IMG/VR virus record: IMGVR_UViG_3300046028_006919
Location: 1 to 64,000 of that record
Source of the DNA: a virus
Reading direction: 5' to 3' (one strand)
DNA: 64,000 bases
In this document: piece after piece, positions 38,319 through 46,036 of the stretch
Numbering within the stretch: position 1 is the stretch's first letter
Layout: each line of letters starts with the position of its first letter
Translations under genes and position numbers: made by a program
Notes under the pieces: generated by a model
Database searches by the model: none
The model's input: only the letters and a program-made list of their open reading frames with translations
Told to the model about the DNA's origin: nothing

Positions 38319-38887
38319 TATAGGTCTAGTTTTATGTTATCGTCTTTTCCAGTTTTCATCACTTCTTCTGTAAGTGAAGATTTGATAGGTGTGTATTCCA
38401 ACTTGGTGCGTCCGTAAAAAACGTTATAGAACGAATTTGGAAACTTTTGTATCAAATTCTTGTGTTGTCTAACAACATCTTGCAGAACTTTTTCTTCGTT
38501 AAAGAACCCTTCACGTTGTGCTTCAACAGCACGTGATAAATCTTTATACAAGACACTAACTTCGGAATAATTTGCGTTTGGGTTAGATTCGGTTATCCAT
38601 TTCATAAACACACCCTCAGAGTCTTTACGACCTTCCATGATGATGTTAATGTTTTTTCTGAATGATTCATCATTCTTAACAGCAATTTGAGATTTCTGAG
38701 AAATCACTTTGTACATTTTATCGTAGAATGAAGTTCTTTCATCTATTTTTTGTTCAAAGGTATTTCTTAAGTCAATTTCATTGTTTGAAAACGAGATAAA
38801 GTTACCGATGAATACGAACAACATAATTACACCTAATCCAATTAGACCAAATTTGATTAATGTACCGTTACTGAATTTGTTTTCCAT
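38318..38887 (-). CDS. LemA-like protein
   Basis: N-terminal TM anchor, helical body, ESNPNANYS...LYKDL...FPNSFY. Confidence 0.55.
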   Translation of the reverse strand: MENKFSNGTLIKFGLIGLGVIMLFVFIGNFISFSNNEIDLRNTFEQKIDERTSFYDKMYKVISQKSQIAVKNDESFRKNINIIMEGRKDSEGVFMKWITESNPNANYSEVSVLYKDLSRAVEAQREGFFNEEKVLQDVVRQHKNLIQKFPNSFYNVFYGRTKLEYTPIKSSLTEEVMKTGKDDNIKLDL

Positions 38888-39245
38888 TTTGTGTGTTTTT
38901 AAAGTTTTTAAATTAGATTGCAAATATACATATAATAATATTAATGTACAAATTTTTTATTGATTATTTTTTCTTTTTTTCTCTGAGTCGTAATAATGCT
39001 TGTTGATTGTTATCTTTGGGAATCCATGTAACATAATTGCAACACCAACAAAACACAAGGCAATTCCACCTAACGCATATAATGTTTCCATAATTAATCT
39101 TGTATAAAATTAAAAATAAATATAATACCAATTAATACCGTTAATATTAAAGGTATTAATATTTCTTGACTATGAATAACACTAGATAAACATACGCCAA
39201 ACGCGATGCCCCACATAAAATTTTTAAATTTTTCTAGTTTCATAA

Positions 39246-39872
39246 TTATTTCTTTTTATTAATTATAGATTCGGTTTGTTGTTTAAACGTTTTTACAACC
39301 GCGCTAATTTTACGACAATCTTCATCGGTAAAATTATCCCCACCACCTAATAAATCTTTGATAGTTCTATCTGATAATTTAACATAAATGTTTCTAACTT
39401 CATTCAAATCAATCATCGCTCGTTGTAGAGCAGTTGCTGGAAAATCTTGTTTTTTGACGTCTTCTAGAATTTTTTCTTTACCATAACGTCTAGGTAAAGT
39501 TTTTTCTTTTTTAGTTTTTTCGACGATAACTGTTTTTTCGGGTGCTACTTCTACTTTTACTTCTGTTTCTAACTTTGAAGAATAGTTTTCCCCTAATTTT
39601 TTAGAAACAAACCCAGAATTCTGTAAGTGTTGGTATCTTTCAGATAAACCTACCCCAGTTGAAATAAGTTTATCAAAAATTTCAAATATAACTTGTTTTG
39701 TTTCACTACTTACCGTGTCCCCACCATCTTTAATTAAAAGATACAACATATTAAAAGGTGTTTTAACCTTTTCTTCAAAAATTTCTTTTAACATATCATC
39801 AGTTTCAATAACATATAATGAAACCAATTCGTCAAATTTTAAATCAGCAACTTTTTCAAATGTAATACTCAT
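39246..39872 (-). CDS. Hypothetical protein
   Basis: 208-aa ORF with promoter. Confidence 0.7.
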   Translation of the reverse strand: MSITFEKVADLKFDELVSLYVIETDDMLKEIFEEKVKTPFNMLYLLIKDGGDTVSSETKQVIFEIFDKLISTGVGLSERYQHLQNSGFVSKKLGENYSSKLETEVKVEVAPEKTVIVEKTKKEKTLPRRYGKEKILEDVKKQDFPATALQRAMIDLNEVRNIYVKLSDRTIKDLLGGGDNFTDEDCRKISAVVKTFKQQTESIINKKK

Positions 39873-39987
39873 AATTTTTAATTTTTAATTATTGAGACAA
39901 ATATACAACTTATTATTACAACTACCAAATATTTTTAGTTTTTTTTTATAAAATAAAAAAACCCCGATAAAATCGAGGTTTAATTTG

Positions 39988-40434
39988 TTAGTTATATGCT
40001 TGCGGGTTATCAACTACTTTACCCATTGCCGTTACTTTACTAAGCTTTGGGTGCCTTGTTTTACCATCAGCGTCTGGTTTACCAGATATTTCTTTTGCTG
40101 TAATCGACCTATCTGATGCGCTATCAGCGTTACACTTATGTTCGCCACACATAGCACCAGAGGCATCCATTACTTGTGATAACTTAAGAATTCTATTAGA
40201 ACCTTGTGTTGAATTTTTAATTTTAGTTGAAAGAGTTTTTACTTTTTTCTTTTCCCCAGCATTTAATTCTTCATAATCTTTATCCTCAGATGGTTCATCT
40301 TCTTTAGAATTATCCGTGGAAGATTTGTCTTTAGAGTCTTTTTTACTCTCAGAGTTTTTTCCAACTTCACGTATTCTAGACAATAAATCCTCTCTTACTA
40401 ATTGTTTTATAAAATTTTTATTCATGATATTCAC
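39988..40434 (-). CDS. Hypothetical charged protein (class II promoter)
   Basis: ATATTTAT at 40443-40450; terminator at ~39955-39981. Confidence 0.65.
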   Translation of the reverse strand: MNIMNKNFIKQLVREDLLSRIREVGKNSESKKDSKDKSSTDNSKEDEPSEDKDYEELNAGEKKKVKTLSTKIKNSTQGSNRILKLSQVMDASGAMCGEHKCNADSASDRSITAKEISGKPDADGKTRHPKLSKVTAMGKVVDNPQAYN

Positions 40435-40469
40435 ATTTATATATAAATATCACAAAAACCTTAAAAATA

Positions 40470-41342
40470 TTAACTTTGAGCAATTAATTGAATTCTTTTT
40501 ATTTGGCTCATTTGTATTAGTGATTTAGTTTTCACTTGTCTTACCATCTCTCTAGTCAAACCAATTTCATTACCAACTTCTTGTAATGTCATTGGTTGAT
40601 AACCATTCATACCAAAAAGCATTTCCATTATTTTTTTGTTTCTTGGTTTAAGTGTTGATAAAGCACTGTTAATTTCTGATTTAACATCAGACTCACCCAA
40701 TAAATAATCAGTTTTATCATCGTTTTCATCACACATTAAATCAGATATGCTAACACCAGAACCTTCATCAGTTCCAACTTCACGGTCCATGGATTCAATT
40801 GAAAAACAATTTAACGAGTCCAATAGAACGAATTCATCAGCTGACATTTCTTTCGAAAATTGATTGATTACTTCTTCAATATCAGCTTTATAACAATTTT
40901 TTTGTTCAACAGCTGAAACATACTTATTTAATTTAGATAGCTCGTTTACACGATTTGCTGGAATACGAACACTTTTACCGTAGTTGGAAACAAACTCCAT
41001 TATAAGTTTTCTAACCCACCAAACAGCAAATGAAATAAATTTATAACCCTTGGTTGGGTCAAATTTCTCAACAGCTTTGATTAAACCGATGTTTCCTTCA
41101 TTTACCAAGTCTTCCAAGCTTATTTTATCAGTAGCGTATTGTTTGGCAACAGAAATAACAAAACGTAAATTTCTAGTGACCAATTCATCAGCTGCTGATT
41201 TGTCACCTTTTACAGCTTTTTCAGCCAAGTCATATTCTTCTTTAGGAGAAAGCAAAGGTATTTCATTAACCTCTCTTAAATATTGTTTAAATGATGAGAT
41301 TTCTCTGCTAGTAATTTTTTGATTGATTCTAAGTGTTTTCAT
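40470..41342 (-). CDS. rpoD: RNA polymerase sigma factor, RpoD/SigA family (Bacteroidota-like, no region 1.1)
   Basis: Region 2 NLRFVISVAKQY...DLVNEGNIGLIKAVEKFDPTKGYKFISFAVWW; region 4 MTLQEVGNEIGLTREMVRQ. Confidence 0.92.
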   Translation of the reverse strand: MKTLRINQKITSREISSFKQYLREVNEIPLLSPKEEYDLAEKAVKGDKSAADELVTRNLRFVISVAKQYATDKISLEDLVNEGNIGLIKAVEKFDPTKGYKFISFAVWWVRKLIMEFVSNYGKSVRIPANRVNELSKLNKYVSAVEQKNCYKADIEEVINQFSKEMSADEFVLLDSLNCFSIESMDREVGTDEGSGVSISDLMCDENDDKTDYLLGESDVKSEINSALSTLKPRNKKIMEMLFGMNGYQPMTLQEVGNEIGLTREMVRQVKTKSLIQMSQIKRIQLIAQS

Positions 41343-41391
41343 AGATTTGGGTTTAAATGTTTATTTATTGGGCAAATATAATACTTATTTT

Positions 41392-41853
41392 TTATTCCCC
41401 AAAACTTTTTTTCAATATTTTTTTCATATCTCTATCTAAATCTTTTTCTTTTATAGCTATAGATTTGTCTCTCACGTTTTTACCTTTGGCTAAACCCACA
41501 ACAATTTTTATAAGACCTTTGTCGTTTAGAACTATATTCAACGGGATTATGGTAAGTCCCTTCTCACCAACTTTTTGTTGTAACCTTTCAATTTCAACTT
41601 TTTTAGCTAAAAGCTTTCTATCTCTATTGGTGTTGTGAACATAATTATTGATACCACCATTGTGTGGTGCCACATACATTCCTTTTATAAACAACTCACC
41701 TTCTAAGATATAACAGTAAGCTTCACTAATCGATGTTCTAGAATCCTTTATTGGTCTTATTTCAGAGCCATGTAGTTGAACACCACACGATAATGTGTCT
41801 AATATTTGGTATTCGTAATAAGCTTTACGATTTGAAATTAAAATTTTATCCAT
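41392..41853 (-). CDS. smpB: SsrA-binding protein SmpB
   Basis: NRKAYYEY...GVQLHGSEI...RDRKLLAKK.EI...GLTIIPL...GLAKGK..RDK..IKEKD. Confidence 0.92.
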   Translation of the reverse strand: MDKILISNRKAYYEYQILDTLSCGVQLHGSEIRPIKDSRTSISEAYCYILEGELFIKGMYVAPHNGGINNYVHNTNRDRKLLAKKVEIERLQQKVGEKGLTIIPLNIVLNDKGLIKIVVGLAKGKNVRDKSIAIKEKDLDRDMKKILKKSFGE

Positions 41854-41855
41854 GT

Positions 41856-42569
41856 CTAATTATTATTGTTAAGAACTATTTTTCTGGCTAACGCTTCACC
41901 ATTTTGAATTACCAGATACTCTTTACTAGTACCAAGGCAATCAATTGCTATGACGCTATTTGTCATATGCATTTCTCTAATTGTAGTATGACCAATCACA
42001 TAGGTAAAGCCTTTTACCATATCTTTTAACAACGATGGTATTCTAACCCAAATTGGTGATTGGGTTATATCGTCACCACTTCTGTCTAAGTTTTCACCAT
42101 ATTCAAATTTAAATGATTCCATACTTTCCATAAACTTTACGTTTACCGATTCTTCAATGTTGAATAAATCAATTTCGTTGTTTTCACACCATGTTTGAGT
42201 CAACCCAGCATGTGAGAAAATATACTCATCAAAAACATGACATATTTGTAAATGACCAGAAGTTAATGCTGGTTGCAACACTTCGTTTATATCCACAGCA
42301 GCATACTGCTGATAACCAGAATAAGTTTCACCACAACCCTTAAGATAATGAAAATCGTGGTTACCGATAATCAATATCACTTTGTCTGGATTTTCTTTCT
42401 TAAATGTTAATATTTCTTTGAAGTTTTTAATTTGTGTTGACGCGTCTATGTCTTCTCTAGAGTCGAAGTAATCACCCACAAAAATAAATTTGTCAAAGTC
42501 TTCTTCAACTTTGACAATTTTTTTCCATATATCACGACCATGTGTATCGCCTAGCGCAACAATTTTCAT
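41856..42569 (-). CDS. Metallophosphoesterase
   Basis: GDTHG, GDYFD, GNHD, HAG and GHT motifs. Confidence 0.88.
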   Translation of the reverse strand: MKIVALGDTHGRDIWKKIVKVEEDFDKFIFVGDYFDSREDIDASTQIKNFKEILTFKKENPDKVILIIGNHDFHYLKGCGETYSGYQQYAAVDINEVLQPALTSGHLQICHVFDEYIFSHAGLTQTWCENNEIDLFNIEESVNVKFMESMESFKFEYGENLDRSGDDITQSPIWVRIPSLLKDMVKGFTYVIGHTTIREMHMTNSVIAIDCLGTSKEYLVIQNGEALARKIVLNNNN

Positions 42570-42632
42570 ACTTAGTAATTTTATACAAATATACTAAATA
42601 AAATAATAAAAAGCAAATTTTTTTAGTTTTTT

Positions 42633-42809
42633 TTATGCGTATGACCAGTTAGATGAATCGTTGTGGTCATCTAGTTCACCATCATTATGATTGTTATTAT
42701 GATTGTGATGATTGTGATGATTTTCTTTAGGTTTACCACCAACAATGTTTTTAAATCTATTTCTGATTCGACTAGATTTTACAATTATATTTAAAAATTT
42801 CTTTTTCAT
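42633..42809 (-). CDS. 58-aa His/Asn-rich peptide with double-glycine leader-like N-terminus (absent from ORF track)
   Basis: MKKKFLNIIVKSSRIRNRFKNIVGG-KPKENHHNHHNHNNNHNDGELDDHNDSSNWSYA*, starting 4 nt after the glycosyltransferase stop. Confidence 0.55.
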   Translation of the reverse strand: MKKKFLNIIVKSSRIRNRFKNIVGGKPKENHHNHHNHNNNHNDGELDDHNDSSNWSYA

Positions 42810-42813
42810 TTTG

Positions 42814-43842
42814 TTAATTTTTTAATTTTATTAACCACTGTAGTTTGGCTTTTATGTTATATATGTTCAAATTAAAACTTTGTAACCATGTAATAACTCC
42901 TCTATATTTATATGCTAATTTTAATTTTCTAACAATACCCTTGTGTGATGTAGGTGACACCTTCATAATCCATGGCATCCAACTTATATCATCAGAAGCA
43001 ACTATTGGAACTTTAGCTGTTACAAAATCTGCTGTTACTATATTAAAAGATTCAGAAAAAGAAACTTGCATACCAATATCCATTTTAGATGCCGCTTCTA
43101 AAAATTCAGCATGTTTATACCATCTATGTTCAACTAACTCGTGTTTAGAATGTTCAAATAATGCTTGAATATTTCTTAACGCGTTGTCACCAGATTGTTC
43201 AGTTCTTGTTCCGTTGATATGAAATCTTAATGTTTTATCTATTTGTTCAGCAAACTCTATCGCAGCCATTGCTTGTTGATATGTATTTTTCATTGGTCTA
43301 ATAGCACCAAAAGAACCAATATCAACAAAGTCTTTGCTTTTCACATGTTTTTCAGGTGTGAATGGTTTCGCTTTATAAATGTTGGGTAAAAAAATAAACT
43401 TGCCTTCTGGAAAACAATAAGTTAATTGTTCTGTAAGTTCAGTTGTGTTAGGTGCTATCTCAATTTTTAACTCATTGATAGATGCGTATTGTTTTATCCA
43501 TCTAGTTGCAATACCTTCGTTGGCCAAAAATGGTGCTTTTGAATGTAGTCTAACTACCCATCTTCTATCCTTATGTCTTTGGATTTGAAATAATTCTTTG
43601 AACTTTGCTGGTGGAACCCAAATAGCTTCAATTACAACCACATCTGGGTTAAATTCAGTCACGACTTTATCAATAGAATTTGAGTCAGGCACTGGAGTTA
43701 TTTTAGCCTCAAAATCGTTTTCATTTAGATAATTAACAACAAAACTGGCAGAATTAAATAAGCCAGAAGTAACACCGTAATAATCTTTTACCTTGTCACA
43801 TGTTATAAATTGAATACGTTTTTTTGGGGTGATTTCTTTCAT
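42814..43842 (-). CDS. Glycosyltransferase (GT-B, GT4-like)
   Basis: IGSFGAIRPMKN...MDIGMQVSFSESFNIVTADFV..KVPIVAS. Confidence 0.75.
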   Translation of the reverse strand: MKEITPKKRIQFITCDKVKDYYGVTSGLFNSASFVVNYLNENDFEAKITPVPDSNSIDKVVTEFNPDVVVIEAIWVPPAKFKELFQIQRHKDRRWVVRLHSKAPFLANEGIATRWIKQYASINELKIEIAPNTTELTEQLTYCFPEGKFIFLPNIYKAKPFTPEKHVKSKDFVDIGSFGAIRPMKNTYQQAMAAIEFAEQIDKTLRFHINGTRTEQSGDNALRNIQALFEHSKHELVEHRWYKHAEFLEAASKMDIGMQVSFSESFNIVTADFVTAKVPIVASDDISWMPWIMKVSPTSHKGIVRKLKLAYKYRGVITWLQSFNLNIYNIKAKLQWLIKLKN

Positions 43843-43908
43843 CGAAGTTGTTTTATAATAAATATATAAAACAACCTAGAAATAATATTTTTTTTATGTT
43901 AATTTTTG

Positions 43909-44027
43909 TGCCGAGGACTGGATTCGAACCAGCAATAGTACCATACTCACCAACTTTCGTTGACTTCAAGGATTCGAACCTCATCTCCCGTTTTCAGACG
44001 GGTGGTTTACCATTTCCCCACCTCGGC
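43909..44027 (-). ncRNA. tRNA-like RNA with Leu-type shell and two T-arms
   Basis: Acceptor GCCGAGG/CCTCGGC-A; D-loop GGGAAATGGTAAACC; hairpin CCCGT-CTGAAA-ACGGG; internal GAGG-TTCGAAT-CCTT; hairpin TCAAC-GAAA-GTTGG; terminal GCTGG-TTCGAAT-CCAGT. Confidence 0.7.
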
Positions 44028-44197
44028 ATTTTGAGAGGAATAGACCCCTTCACCTCTCATTGATACACGTGTCACCTAGCGTTTATCATGTCCACTCCAA
44101 GGCTGTATCTTCTGCCTTTCTAAGTATCTGTGCTGACTAACATTTCGTTTCTTAGAATATACCAAGCAAGTGGCAGAGCAGTTTATTAAACTGATTG

Positions 44198-44326
44198 TAG
44201 TCAGAACAGGATTCGAACCTGTAACTGTGGATTTCCAAGCAGGACCTCGCATGGGCTTTTTTCATTCCACACCCACGATGAAGCTAGTACCTATCTTTTT
44301 GCGTCTACCAATTTCGCCACCTGACC
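44198..44326 (-). ncRNA. tRNA-like RNA with ~75-nt insert replacing the anticodon/variable arms
   Basis: GGTCAGG/TCTGACT-A; GCG-AAATTGGTAGA-CGC; ACAGG-TTCGAAT-CCTGT; 5' part nearly identical to 1189-1282. Confidence 0.7.
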
Positions 44327-44522
44327 TGAGAGGATTAGGTATGGCTCACCCCTCTATAACTGACGTCCTACCTTGACAGTCTTTGTTTTTGGTTAAGAAT
44401 AGGGTTCACACCTAAAAAGAGACTCACGTTCTCGATAACCCTTAGATTACCACCACCTTTTGCGACTTGTTAACCGATTTTGTTTTGCAAATATACTAAC
44501 TTTTTAAATACAAAGCAAATTT

Positions 44523-45188
44523 TTAATTTTTTATTTCTACAACAATTGGTTTGTTTTGCACTTGGTAATTTAAGTTAAGTGTTGATGCGTTTACGAACAC
44601 ACCACCATCTGGGAACTCAAACTTACCGTAAGCTTCATGTATGTGACCACAAACGAATAATTTTAGGTTGGTCATCTCAGCGGACTTCTCCAATAAATAA
44701 GGACAGCCAGTTGATACACCTCTAGCAGTCATATCCAAGAAACCTTTCATTGGACCGTGCGTAACCAAAACTTGTATATCTAACGGTATCATATCCCAAT
44801 GTTTGCAAATATCAGTACCCATTCTGTTAAATGCCCAATCATAGAACCATGGGGTGACTCCACTACCATGAAATTTTAACCCTTCAATTTCTACATTAGT
44901 ATCATGTAAATAAATTATAGTTGGGTATTTTTCTTGTAACATTTCGTTAACAGCAAAAGTACTAACTTTTTCAAACCAAAAATCATGATTACCTGGAATA
45001 AAAATTTTATATTTATAATTTAAAGAATTATACCAACCTAGGAAATCTTCTACTTCTCTTAAGCTACCCCTTCCAGATATATCACCAGCGTGTATTATCA
45101 TATCAATAGAACCGTCTTTATTATCTAACCAATCTGGTGGTATATGAGAATGTTGATTATGCGTGTCAGAAATTAAAATTATCTTCAT
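44523..45188 (-). CDS. Metallophosphoesterase (MPPED/239FB-like)
   Basis: SDTH, HAGD, PGNHD, THGP and CGHIHE motifs. Confidence 0.88.
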   Translation of the reverse strand: MKIILISDTHNQHSHIPPDWLDNKDGSIDMIIHAGDISGRGSLREVEDFLGWYNSLNYKYKIFIPGNHDFWFEKVSTFAVNEMLQEKYPTIIYLHDTNVEIEGLKFHGSGVTPWFYDWAFNRMGTDICKHWDMIPLDIQVLVTHGPMKGFLDMTARGVSTGCPYLLEKSAEMTNLKLFVCGHIHEAYGKFEFPDGGVFVNASTLNLNYQVQNKPIVVEIKN

Positions 45189-45214
45189 TTTTATATTATT
45201 TTTATTATTTTATA

Positions 45215-46003
45215 TTAAAACCCACCATAATTACTAGTTACTAATTTTTCAACAGCTTTCTCAACAGCTCTATCATACCATAAGTCGTAACGGTCCATGA
45301 TATATTCGTAAATAGAAGGTGATTGACTGCCAAATATGGATTCTATCTTGGGTCTATTCAATTCACCATGACCTATCCATGTAACTTTCCAGTTTCTAGG
45401 ACCCAACGTAACAATTAATTGACTTAGCAAATCATCTATTTTTTCATCAATTATAGTATCTTTATACCATTTTAGTAAATATTCTCTAACAAATTCTTGC
45501 TGTTTAAACCCTTCAAATTTCATTTGTGTTTCAAAATCTGAAATTGTTTTATCGTAAGTAAGTTTGTTTGAGTCTAAATTTTTAAGATACTCAACATGTT
45601 TTTTTAGTTTTGGTAATATAATCCTTTCATTGTAGTACTCAGAGGCATATTCTAACATAAAACCTTTATTATAAGTAAAATTGTCAGAATATTTTTTTAA
45701 CATTTTTTCTGAAATGTATTCAAAACCCTTGCTTAAATCCACACTTTTGACAAAGGAATGTAAGTCTTTAACCAAAAATCCTTTTTGTTCTGTAACCCAT
45801 TTCCTTACAATCTCTATAGCGTTATTATCGCCTTTGCCAAAATCACCTAAAATAACAACCATTTGAGAGTAAAACGACTCCATGCTAAGCATATTATGGT
45901 CAATTTTGTCATAGATTAGAAATTTATCAGATAACTGAACAGTGTAGTTTCTGTTAACAAAATTTAAAATGATTTTTTTATCTGTCATAACTTTAATTTT
46001 CAT
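45215..46003 (-). CDS. Hypothetical protein
   Basis: 262-aa ORF. Confidence 0.7.
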   Translation of the reverse strand: MKIKVMTDKKIILNFVNRNYTVQLSDKFLIYDKIDHNMLSMESFYSQMVVILGDFGKGDNNAIEIVRKWVTEQKGFLVKDLHSFVKSVDLSKGFEYISEKMLKKYSDNFTYNKGFMLEYASEYYNERIILPKLKKHVEYLKNLDSNKLTYDKTISDFETQMKFEGFKQQEFVREYLLKWYKDTIIDEKIDDLLSQLIVTLGPRNWKVTWIGHGELNRPKIESIFGSQSPSIYEYIMDRYDLWYDRAVEKAVEKLVTSNYGGF

Positions 46004-46036
46004 ATAATATAACGTTTTTATACGTTAAAATAAATA

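Noticed and set aside
43848-44376. Plus-strand ORFs 43848-44063 and 44170-44376 (VxRTGFEP motif)
   Set aside because: They are antisense translations of tRNA T-arms, a well-known artefact.
43870-44490. Canonical tmRNA near smpB
   Set aside because: There is no GGGG 5' end or G3-U70 pair, the D-stems are retained, and no tag reading frame was recognised.
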